DNA of 62,063 nt. It comes from a virus. Its lineage: Duplodnaviria > Caudoviricetes. Below are positions 38,131 to 45,984 of this stretch, piece by piece (positions within the stretch are counted from its first letter, which is position 1; each line of letters starts with the position of its first letter). The DNA is taken from the IMG/VR virus record IMGVR_UViG_3300021962_000104, positions 1-62,063 of that record, one strand, 5' to 3'. The notes below the pieces were generated by a model. The model was not told the origin of the DNA, searched no databases, and saw nothing but the letters and a program-made list of their open reading frames with translations. The translations under genes were made by a program, and so were the position numbers.

Positions 38131-38572
38131 GCAATTTCTAGAGGAAGAGGAAGATCTGTCTATTGAAATAGAAGCAGATCAATTTGTTGCTCAATTGGAC
38201 GATATCAATGATGCATTAGATGCAGTCACTGAGGATCCATTTGTAAACAGCGCAGTGTTTATCAATGCTGTTCGTGGTACTCTAGAAAGATTTGGTATTC
38301 TGATTCCTCCTGGATATGAAATGCCAATGTTAAGTCTAGATGCAGAGACAGTTTATTCTCTCGGCGAGTCTGGATATTTCTTATACATTACTCACAATAC
38401 TACTCCAGATGTTGGCGTAGATGGATATGCAACCATTGTAAATCAAGAAGATCTAGATGATCTACTTCAGATGGAAGACCCAGAGCCATTGGAGCCAATT
38501 CCAACTGTATCTCCATATCTTCGCCAGACACGTAGAACTAACGACGACAGTGGTAACGATAACGAATATTAA
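38117..38572 (+). CDS. Acidic protein with capsid-targeting-like N-terminus
   Basis: MQTFKQFLEE. Confidence 0.6.
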   Translation: MQTFKQFLEEEEDLSIEIEADQFVAQLDDINDALDAVTEDPFVNSAVFINAVRGTLERFGILIPPGYEMPMLSLDAETVYSLGESGYFLYITHNTTPDVGVDGYATIVNQEDLDDLLQMEDPEPLEPIPTVSPYLRQTRRTNDDSGNDNEY

Positions 38573-38575
38573 TTT

Positions 38576-38962
38576 ATGTTGTATGATCTAAACCATGATA
38601 CAATCTTGATCTACGCTATCAAAAGTTATGATAATCTTAACTATGTAAAAAGCGAGTTTCAAGAAGATTACAAAGCGTTCAAGTATGTCAAGAGACTGCT
38701 ACAACGCTATCGTATGTCAGGTGAACTTAGAGAAAAGTTATTGCTAAATCATCTGAATCTGATATACAATGTGTTTGGTGTAGAGGCAGGAACGAGAATA
38801 CTATTTTATAAGATTGACGAACAAGATTATAGTGCATTGAAAACTTTTTGCGTGTTTTTAAATACAATGCCAGATAGGATTTCGGGAATCAACGGCAAAG
38901 ATTTAATTTCTAGTGACATACCTGTAGATCTAAAGATAGTAGAACTGTTAAGGAAAATTTGA
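38576..38962 (+). CDS. Conserved T4-like hypothetical protein
   Basis: YAIKSY, EF.ED...KY.KRLL.RY...GEL.E.L.LNH...NVFG. Confidence 0.75.
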   Translation: MLYDLNHDTILIYAIKSYDNLNYVKSEFQEDYKAFKYVKRLLQRYRMSGELREKLLLNHLNLIYNVFGVEAGTRILFYKIDEQDYSALKTFCVFLNTMPDRISGINGKDLISSDIPVDLKIVELLRKI

Positions 38963-39477
38963 TGGAACAGGAAAACATAGACGAGGCTGGAATTGTAAAA
39001 GTTGGAAAGCAATTCGCTCATCATCGAATCACATCTAAGAAAAAGAAATCAATGCTTCAACGAATCAAAGATAAAATTGTTGGCAAAAAGAAATATGACA
39101 GCGATGAAGTGTATCTAAACGCAGAAGATGCTGCAGTCATGAGCGTCGGTGCTGGAGTTGTTGCTGGCATGCCAGATGCTGATCCACCAGAACTCACTCC
39201 TGTTCGAAAGAAAAAGAAGTTTAAGGTACTTAGAAGAAGACTAATGGGTGAGGGAAGAGTCACCACCAAGCCAACAGGTAATGGTTTCCATAGAGTGTTT
39301 GTAGATGGTGAAGAACATCCGCACGTTCATATTGTAAATGGTTCTGGTGGAGTTTCTGGATATGGTCGCAACGTATATGGTATACATTATAGCAAAGCCA
39401 ATAAGACTCGCTGGATTGGTAGTCTAGCAAAGACTAAAGCGCATCTAAACAAAATGCTAGATGATGGTGCGATGTGA
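38962..39477 (+). CDS. Hypothetical protein, probable internal head protein
   Basis: ENIDE and LNAED linkers between basic modules. Confidence 0.55.
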   Translation: MEQENIDEAGIVKVGKQFAHHRITSKKKKSMLQRIKDKIVGKKKYDSDEVYLNAEDAAVMSVGAGVVAGMPDADPPELTPVRKKKKFKVLRRRLMGEGRVTTKPTGNGFHRVFVDGEEHPHVHIVNGSGGVSGYGRNVYGIHYSKANKTRWIGSLAKTKAHLNKMLDDGAM

Positions 39478-39665
39478 TGTTGAGATTCAGTGAATATCTA
39501 AATGAAAGCGGACCATTGCGCAAACCTAAGAAACTAAAGCCATTGAAAGATAGACTGAAAGGTGGTATTCCTGGTGCTGTAAATCTAAACGCATGGATGG
39601 ACGAAAAGAAGCGTCGCAAGATTGAGTATATGAAGAACCGTGAAAAGCGCGATGAAAACACTTGA
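39474..39665 (+). CDS. Small basic protein with capsid-targeting-like N-terminus
   Basis: MLRFSEYLNE. Confidence 0.6.
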   Translation: MMLRFSEYLNESGPLRKPKKLKPLKDRLKGGIPGAVNLNAWMDEKKRRKIEYMKNREKRDENT

Positions 39666-40407
39666 TGAGAAAAAGAAACTTGCGAAATTTGCTAGAGGAT
39701 TGGGACAACCAGATCTAGCACTTGAAGAATCAATTCGTCGCGAAGAAGAATTAGAGTCTCGTCTGTTCGCAAAGCCAAAGCCAGCAGAGCCAGTGATTCC
39801 AATTCTCAAGGAAGAACTGCCTCCACCTCCTGCACCTGCAGTTGAGATCCCAAAGAAAGAAGATTTGATTTCGCAAACAGTCAATGCGATCTCAAGTCCA
39901 AAGATAACTAAGCCACCGATGCCTGATCTGCAGAATGCTGAGATCAAAGCCATTCGCCAGCAGATTGCTGATCTGGTGCAAAAGATGGGAACGCTATCTT
40001 GGGGTGGCGGTGGTACTGGTGTAGTCAGAATAGGCGATACAGATGACTTTGATAAGACGTCATATGGTGAGGGTAAATTCCTCAAGTGGTCTCAGGGAAT
40101 GTTTCGTCTTGATGAGATTAATCCATATGAAGTTGTGCACAACACTACGCTGGTTACAACATCTTCTTATGCAGTAAACGACACTGACTATTACATTGGT
40201 GTCAACGTAGCGTCAACTGTAACAATTACATTACCAATCACACCAAGTTCTGGTCGTGAGTTGATTGTAAAAGACGAATCAGGCAACTGCGAAAATAACA
40301 TCATCACCATCGCAGGGAATGTGGATAATGACGCAGGTGGTTTAGAACTTGCGTTAAATAATGGTGGTGTTCATCTGTTATATAGAGATGGTTGGAGAGT
40401 GGTATAA
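39652..40407 (+). CDS. Putative virion structural protein
   Basis: Pro-rich linker, coiled coil, GGGGTG, C-terminal beta domain (TITLP...IVKDESG...NIIT). Confidence 0.6.
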   Translation: MKTLDEKKKLAKFARGLGQPDLALEESIRREEELESRLFAKPKPAEPVIPILKEELPPPPAPAVEIPKKEDLISQTVNAISSPKITKPPMPDLQNAEIKAIRQQIADLVQKMGTLSWGGGGTGVVRIGDTDDFDKTSYGEGKFLKWSQGMFRLDEINPYEVVHNTTLVTTSSYAVNDTDYYIGVNVASTVTITLPITPSSGRELIVKDESGNCENNIITIAGNVDNDAGGLELALNNGGVHLLYRDGWRVV

Positions 40408-41975
40408 TGTCATATTTGTATACAAGAAATATTAATGTTCAGAACAATAACACTGTGGTCACCACAGCGAATCCTCTCCCTGTTACCAGTGGGATTCATC
40501 CAATAGATGTGGCTGGTGCTTCTGGATATTCTGCGTTTGGCGAAATTATCACAGTTCCGATCACTCCGCAAATTCAGTTGGATGGTATTTACGGTGTTCT
40601 TCCTCGAGATGTAGAAACTTTTACTAGCGGAACTGGGGTTGCCACAACTGAAAACTCAACCATGGTTACTTATAGCGGCACTGGCTGGGGTGACTATGGC
40701 GTCTATCGTAGTCGTAGGGTGCTGAGATATCGTCCTGGACAGGGTGCGATGGCTCGATTTACCGCTGCGTTCTCAACTCCACACGCTAATACTATTCAGC
40801 GAGCAGGTTTCTTTGCGCTTGAACAGGCAATCACCATCGGTCAAGAGGGTGAAGATTTCGCAATACAAATTCAAAACGGCGGCAAGGCTGAGATTCGTAG
40901 ACTACAGATCACCACTGCGCCAACAGGAACTCAGACTGCTAACGTGCAACTCAATGGAACATACAAAGAAGTAACCATCTATTCTGGATCAGCATCAAAT
41001 ACTGCAGCCACCATTGCGAAGGCATCGTTCCCAGGATGGACTGTTGAGCAAGTTGGTGCGAATGTAAACTTCATGGGCGCTGGTGTTGGTGCTCGAAGTG
41101 GTGCGTATTCTTTCACTAGCACTGGAACAGGAACTCTCGCAGCTGGATCCTTTACACAATTACAGGCTGGTCTGGCTCACAATCAAACTACAGTATTACA
41201 AGAAAATTTCAATATTGATACATTGGACGGCAATGGTCCTAGCGGAATGATTCTTGATCCAAGCAAACTCAACGTGTATCAAGTAAATTTCCGTTGGTTG
41301 GGTGCTGGTGAGATTCGTTTTGCGATTGAGAATAGTATCAATGGAGATATGATATTCTTCCATCACTATCACTACTCCAATAGACACACAGTTCCTCATG
41401 TAGACAATCCAAGTTTCAAGATTGGCTATATTGCTGCGGCAACTGGAGGTCCGTCAAGTAACGTGTCCGTTCGTGGTGCTTCTATGATGGCTGCGATTGA
41501 AGGTTTAACAATCGCTGCTGGTTCTCCTGTCAGTGTTGGTAGGTCAGCTCCTGGCGTTAATTTCTCAGCGGGTAACCTACATCATGTTATATCCCTAAGA
41601 CCAAGATTAATCTTCAAGAATAAAATAAATCTGCGCGCAACAAAACTCAAGAAAATCACAGTGGCTGCACTAACTCAAGGTGTAAACCCACCGCCTGTGA
41701 TCATTTACCTCTATGAAAACCCAACAAGTTTCACAGGTACATTTGACTGGACTGAAATAAGTGAATTTTCAAGCGTGGTATATTCAAACAGTGCTGGTAA
41801 CTTTGTGTTAGCGAATGAAATTCCTCTGGCTTCCTTTGTTATTTCTGGAACTGCAGATCTTGATCTAGAAAACTTAAATATCAGTATACCACCAAATAAT
41901 ATTCTATCCATTGCTGCAATATCGACTGCTCAAATATCAGATCTAGTTGCTGCTGCAGTTTGGTTGGAGGAATAA
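40407..41975 (+). CDS. Putative virion structural / tail-associated beta-rich protein
   Basis: NPLPV, SAFGE, RYRPGQG, WLGAG.IRF. Thr/Gly/Ser-rich. Confidence 0.6.
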   Translation: MSYLYTRNINVQNNNTVVTTANPLPVTSGIHPIDVAGASGYSAFGEIITVPITPQIQLDGIYGVLPRDVETFTSGTGVATTENSTMVTYSGTGWGDYGVYRSRRVLRYRPGQGAMARFTAAFSTPHANTIQRAGFFALEQAITIGQEGEDFAIQIQNGGKAEIRRLQITTAPTGTQTANVQLNGTYKEVTIYSGSASNTAATIAKASFPGWTVEQVGANVNFMGAGVGARSGAYSFTSTGTGTLAAGSFTQLQAGLAHNQTTVLQENFNIDTLDGNGPSGMILDPSKLNVYQVNFRWLGAGEIRFAIENSINGDMIFFHHYHYSNRHTVPHVDNPSFKIGYIAAATGGPSSNVSVRGASMMAAIEGLTIAAGSPVSVGRSAPGVNFSAGNLHHVISLRPRLIFKNKINLRATKLKKITVAALTQGVNPPPVIIYLYENPTSFTGTFDWTEISEFSSVVYSNSAGNFVLANEIPLASFVISGTADLDLENLNISIPPNNILSIAAISTAQISDLVAAAVWLEE

Positions 41976-42493
41976 TGGAAATTACAACTGAACATAAAAA
42001 TATATCTAAAGCCAGTGCAATCACTGTATTTACTTTGTTATTGATTAGTGGTGTGTATAAGATTGGTTATGAAGCAGGCAAGATTGAAACAGCAGAAAGC
42101 CTGCAAAAACAAGTTGAATATTGGAAGGAACAGTCGGGAAAAATAACCGAACGAGTCGTGATTGAGTACGTTGATCGTATCAAAGAAGTTGTCAAATGGA
42201 GAACTAAAAATGTTGAAATTATCAAATTGGTTCCTAGTGTTTGTGAGTTGCCTAATGGTTGGGTGCACGTCCACGATCGTAGTGCGCAAGGTCGTGATGC
42301 CGACCCCACCAGAGCAATTAATGACACCCCCAGCGGAATTGAAGACGTTGAAGCCCTCGGAACCATCGTAGAAAACTACGCTGCATGCCATGAAAATCGT
42401 GAACAATTACTCGCTCTGCAAAAATGGATCCGTGATCAAGAGCAAGAAATTATAAATATGAATACTGCAGAAGCAGGGACAAAAGAAGAATAA
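41975..42493 (+). CDS. Rz-like inner-membrane spanin
   Basis: N-terminal TM, coiled coil, C.LP.GW..HD and NY..C..N..QL..LQ.WI. Confidence 0.7.
   Translation: MEITTEHKNISKASAITVFTLLLISGVYKIGYEAGKIETAESLQKQVEYWKEQSGKITERVVIEYVDRIKEVVKWRTKNVEIIKLVPSVCELPNGWVHVHDRSAQGRDADPTRAINDTPSGIEDVEALGTIVENYAACHENREQLLALQKWIRDQEQEIINMNTAEAGTKEE
42210..42371 (+). CDS. Rz1-like outer-membrane spanin lipoprotein, embedded in +1 frame
   Basis: SD GGAG (42198), MLKLSNWFLVFVSCLMVG-C lipobox, Pro-rich MPTPPEQLMTPP. Confidence 0.7.
   Translation: MLKLSNWFLVFVSCLMVGCTSTIVVRKVVMPTPPEQLMTPPAELKTLKPSEPS
42451..42458 (+). promoter_or_regulatory. T4-type late promoter
   Basis: TATAAATA upstream of 42496. Confidence 0.65.
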
Positions 42494-42495
42494 CA

Positions 42496-42885
42496 ATGGC
42501 TGAAATGCAAGATTTACTCAGTTGTAAGGCTGAATTAGACGCGAAGATATCTAGACTAGAAGTTGAGATGAGTGCTCTTCGCGAGAAGGTTTCATTTTTT
42601 TCTGTTATCTATGGAAAGTTTGATGAAACGCTGGATAAGGTTCAGGAGCTGATGGAAGATAGAAGAAACGAAACAAACGAAGATCTCAAAGACGTCTATA
42701 AGAAAATTGAAGATACAGAAAATCATCTAATGCGCGAACTACGTGAACTCCGTGAAGAAATGAAACGCCAACACGAAATTGAGAACAAGAAGATTCACGA
42801 GTTAGACCGCTGGCGTTGGTGGGTCATGGGCGCAGCAGCAGTTATCGGTGCAGGATTCTCAAAGATTATTGATATTTTGAAATAA
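42496..42885 (+). CDS. Coiled-coil protein with C-terminal TM helix, possible holin
   Basis: LDRWRWWVMGAAAVIGAGF terminus, adjacent to the spanins. Confidence 0.55.
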   Translation: MAEMQDLLSCKAELDAKISRLEVEMSALREKVSFFSVIYGKFDETLDKVQELMEDRRNETNEDLKDVYKKIEDTENHLMRELRELREEMKRQHEIENKKIHELDRWRWWVMGAAAVIGAGFSKIIDILK

Positions 42886-42886
42886 C

Positions 42887-42915
42887 TTGCTTTTGATGTG
42901 ATTCTATAGTATGAT
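42887..42915 (+). promoter_or_regulatory. Sigma70-type promoter, primase probably leaderless
   Basis: TTGCTT-N17-TATGAT, ATG 6 nt downstream. Confidence 0.65.
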
Positions 42916-42921
42916 TAGAGT

Positions 42922-43947
42922 ATGAGCATATACATTGATCGTAAATACCTATCCAATATCTCTCACAAACTAGATCGGTTCACTCAGAAGAGTCCCGATC
43001 TTTACAACTTTCGCTGTCCGTCATGCGGCGACTCAAGAAAGAATAAGAGTAAGTCTAGAGGATATATCTATCGCAAGGGCAATGATTTTTTCTATCGTTG
43101 TCATAACTGCGGTGCAGGTACAACTTTTTCAAACTTTCTAAAGAGCGTTGATGAACCAGTACATAAACAATATGTGCTGGAGAAATTCATGAACGGTGCA
43201 CCAAAGAATGCACCAGTTGAAAAGCCAACCTTTGATGAACTGAAGGGCAATGCGTTCGCTCGATTTGCCAAGACCTCATACAATCCAAGCATACAAAGCA
43301 TTGCTGAATTGCCAGAGGATCACTATGCGGTCAACTATATAAAGAATAGGATGATTCCTTCATCCCGTTGGGGCGATGTTTATTTCGCCGAGAACTTCAA
43401 AAACTTTATGGATCTGGATTTTCCAGACCATGGCAAAGAAATCCTGCCAGAGGATAGTCGAATTGTATTCTTCTATCGCGACGAGGATGGTAAGGTCAAT
43501 CATGTCGCTGGTCGCGCCATGGCTGATAGTAAACTGAGATATATCACTGTAAAGGTTGCGGATGGAAGAAAAGCCTACGGACTCGAGCGAGTTGATCGAA
43601 CCAAGCGAGTATATATCGTTGAGGGGCAGTTTGATTCGCTATTTCTTACCAATGCTGTTGCCAGCGGCGATAGCAATCTTTCTGGGTTGGCTGAAGCCTT
43701 GGAACTGGACGATGTAGTTCTGGTGTATGATAATGAACCAAGAAACAAAGAAATCGTGAAGCAAATTGAAAGATCTATTCTAGATGATTATGCGGTTTGT
43801 ATGTTTCCTGATAATGTAAATGGAAAAGACATCAACGAAATGATACTAAATGGTTTGACTGCTGAGGAAATAAAAGTTATCATAGACAAATACACTGCGC
43901 GTGGATTGACTGCGCGCATGGACGTTTATGCTTGGAAAAAGTGTTAG
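42922..43947 (+). CDS. 61: DNA primase
   Basis: NFRCPSCGDS...CHNCG zinc finger, VEGQFDS, DNEPRN, KDINEM. Confidence 0.95.
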   Translation: MSIYIDRKYLSNISHKLDRFTQKSPDLYNFRCPSCGDSRKNKSKSRGYIYRKGNDFFYRCHNCGAGTTFSNFLKSVDEPVHKQYVLEKFMNGAPKNAPVEKPTFDELKGNAFARFAKTSYNPSIQSIAELPEDHYAVNYIKNRMIPSSRWGDVYFAENFKNFMDLDFPDHGKEILPEDSRIVFFYRDEDGKVNHVAGRAMADSKLRYITVKVADGRKAYGLERVDRTKRVYIVEGQFDSLFLTNAVASGDSNLSGLAEALELDDVVLVYDNEPRNKEIVKQIERSILDDYAVCMFPDNVNGKDINEMILNGLTAEEIKVIIDKYTARGLTARMDVYAWKKC

Positions 43948-43955
43948 GAGAAATT

Positions 43956-44507
43956 ATGTCACATGTATTAGAAGGTAAAAAGATACCCAACGTGGTATTC
44001 AAGGTTCGCGTTCCTAGTTTTGAGGCAACTCAACAGGGAACATGCGCAATTGAAATTTGGGAAGATGTAAAGAGCCGCGATCTATTCAAGCGCAAGCGCG
44101 CAATTTTGTTTGCACTTCCTGGCGCATTCACTCCAACCTGCTCAACAAAGCAGCTGCCAGGATATGATCGTATGTTCGACACATTCAAGGAATATGGAAT
44201 CAAGAACGTCTACTGTCTATCTGTCAATGACTCATTCGTCATGAACGCATGGGCAAAGGATCAGGCACTCAAGAATGTAAAGATGATTCCAGACGGCAGT
44301 GGAGCATTTACCAAGAAGATGAAGATGGCTGTCAAGAAGGACAATCTGGGCTTTGGCGTTCGCAGCTGGCGTTATGCTGCTGTAATTCGTAACAGCGTCA
44401 TTGAGAAGATGTTCGTTGAGCCAGGATTTGCAGATAACTTTGAGTCTGATCCATACGGCGAGTCATCACCTGAAAATGTATTGGCGTGGTTGAAGAACAA
44501 TCCATGA
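43956..44507 (+). CDS. Peroxiredoxin (Prx5/redoxin type)
   Basis: LPGAFTPTCS, SVNDSFVM.AW, DGSG.FT, RSWRYA. Confidence 0.92.
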   Translation: MSHVLEGKKIPNVVFKVRVPSFEATQQGTCAIEIWEDVKSRDLFKRKRAILFALPGAFTPTCSTKQLPGYDRMFDTFKEYGIKNVYCLSVNDSFVMNAWAKDQALKNVKMIPDGSGAFTKKMKMAVKKDNLGFGVRSWRYAAVIRNSVIEKMFVEPGFADNFESDPYGESSPENVLAWLKNNP

Positions 44508-45175
44508 AAGTAAAATTGATCAGTTATTCACAGACACCAGAGTTCTTTGAGGACTTAGACAGTCTTCAAGATCTAGTTGCATACTGTGCGCGTGTATCAA
44601 ATCCAGGCAATCAGAGTAACTCTGAAACTGCTGGGAAACTGATCAAGTATCTCATCAAGCACAAGCACTGGTCACCTCTTGAGATGGTCAGTGTTTGTAT
44701 GGAGATTGAGACTACACGTGACATTGCGCGTCAGATACTACGTCATCGCAGTTTTTCTTTTCAAGAATTCAGTCAACGCTATGCTGATCCAACCAAGGAA
44801 CTTGAATTTGTAACACGTGAAGCACGACTACAAGATCTCAAGAATCGCCAAAACAGCGTGGCAACTGACGATGAGTGGCTACAGAAGCAATGGGATGCGT
44901 ATCAAAACGACGTACTATTAGCAGCCAAACGTGCGTATAGATGGGCAGCGGATCATGGTATTGCTAAGGAACAGGCTCGTGCTGTGCTTCCTGAAGGTCT
45001 AACCATGTCGCGCATGTACATGAACGGAACCCTACGTTCCTGGGTACATTACATCGAGCTGCGTAGTGAGAATGGCACACAAAAGGAACACATGCAAATT
45101 GCTTGTGAATGTGCCGCTATCATTGCTAAAATCTTCCCAGAGATATTCACAATTACAAGCGGTGGGTCTTTCTAA
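44504..45175 (+). CDS. thyX: Flavin-dependent thymidylate synthase
   Basis: ARVS, HWSPLE, RQILRHRSFSFQEFSQRY, EQARAVLP. Confidence 0.96.
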   Translation: MKVKLISYSQTPEFFEDLDSLQDLVAYCARVSNPGNQSNSETAGKLIKYLIKHKHWSPLEMVSVCMEIETTRDIARQILRHRSFSFQEFSQRYADPTKELEFVTREARLQDLKNRQNSVATDDEWLQKQWDAYQNDVLLAAKRAYRWAADHGIAKEQARAVLPEGLTMSRMYMNGTLRSWVHYIELRSENGTQKEHMQIACECAAIIAKIFPEIFTITSGGSF

Positions 45176-45611
45176 GATGATTATTGAATTGGTAAACCGA
45201 TATTTCTTTTTTGCAAATAGTACAAGAACATTTGATACCTCTGCGTTCTTTACGTTGTTGGGTTTTTTCCTCACCAAAAATCTCATCCCAACTTTTACCC
45301 TTTCTCAATCTGGTCATTTGTTGCGCTCTTACTTTCCTCAATTCCTTACCCTTTTCATCACCATGAATTTGTTCGTAAGATTTGTTTTTTGTTGCCGCAC
45401 CGATCGCCTTTCGCACAATATCTTCATGAGACATTCTACCAGAGAGCCCATTCCATGCTAATAGATCTTGCCAGTTACCATAAATACGATAGCGGACCAG
45501 ATGTGCAATCGCATGGTCTTCAACTGTTAGTTCAACAATATTACTGGGATCATCAGATCCACCAGCGTATTTGGGTATAATGTGGTGTTTATGGGTATTA
45601 TAAGTATTCAT
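45153..45611 (-). CDS. Free-standing HNH homing endonuclease
   Basis: HKHHIIPKYAGGSDDPSNIVELTVEDHAIAH, repeated KGKS(Y/W)E.I.G.EK DNA-binding modules, C-terminal C2H2. SD AGGAG. Confidence 0.85.
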   Translation of the reverse strand: MNTYNTHKHHIIPKYAGGSDDPSNIVELTVEDHAIAHLVRYRIYGNWQDLLAWNGLSGRMSHEDIVRKAIGAATKNKSYEQIHGDEKGKELRKVRAQQMTRLRKGKSWDEIFGEEKTQQRKERRGIKCSCTICKKEISVYQFNNHLRKTHRL

Positions 45612-45634
45612 GGCTGGGTCTCCTATTTAGACTT

Positions 45635-45680
45635 AGAGCCTCTGGGAATGTCAGTTCCGCGAGGGGCACTTTTATTTATA
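45635..45680 (-). promoter_or_regulatory. Late promoter plus leader hairpin for the HNH gene
   Basis: Minus-strand TATAAATA (45680-45673), then CCTC-GC-GGAA-CTGACA-TTCC-CA-GAGG hairpin. Confidence 0.65.
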
Positions 45681-45712
45681 AACAAATCAATTTACACAAA
45701 AGGGGAGCAGAA

Positions 45713-45973
45713 ATGAGAAAAGTATTGAAATTTTATGCAGGGTGGTGCGTACCATGCAATACTCTAACACAGAAACTAAGTCTAATCGCATCAACACCTA
45801 CGATTGAAGAAGTTGACATTGATCAGCAGCGTCAGCTTGTACTACAACACAATGTTCGCTCTGTTCCTACAATGATTATGATGGAAGACGATGGTAGTGG
45901 TTGGGTTGAACTAAAGCGCACTGCTGGCGCAGGAATGACACAAGAACAACTAGAAATTTGGCTCAACGGATAA
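45713..45973 (+). CDS. Thioredoxin-like protein
   Basis: FYAGWCVPC, VRSVPT. Confidence 0.85.
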   Translation: MRKVLKFYAGWCVPCNTLTQKLSLIASTPTIEEVDIDQQRQLVLQHNVRSVPTMIMMEDDGSGWVELKRTAGAGMTQEQLEIWLNG

Positions 45974-45984
45974 AGGGAAAAACA

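Noticed and set aside
45066-45461. 131-aa + strand ORF after thyX
   Set aside because: Antisense shadow of the HNH gene, overlapping thyX out of frame.
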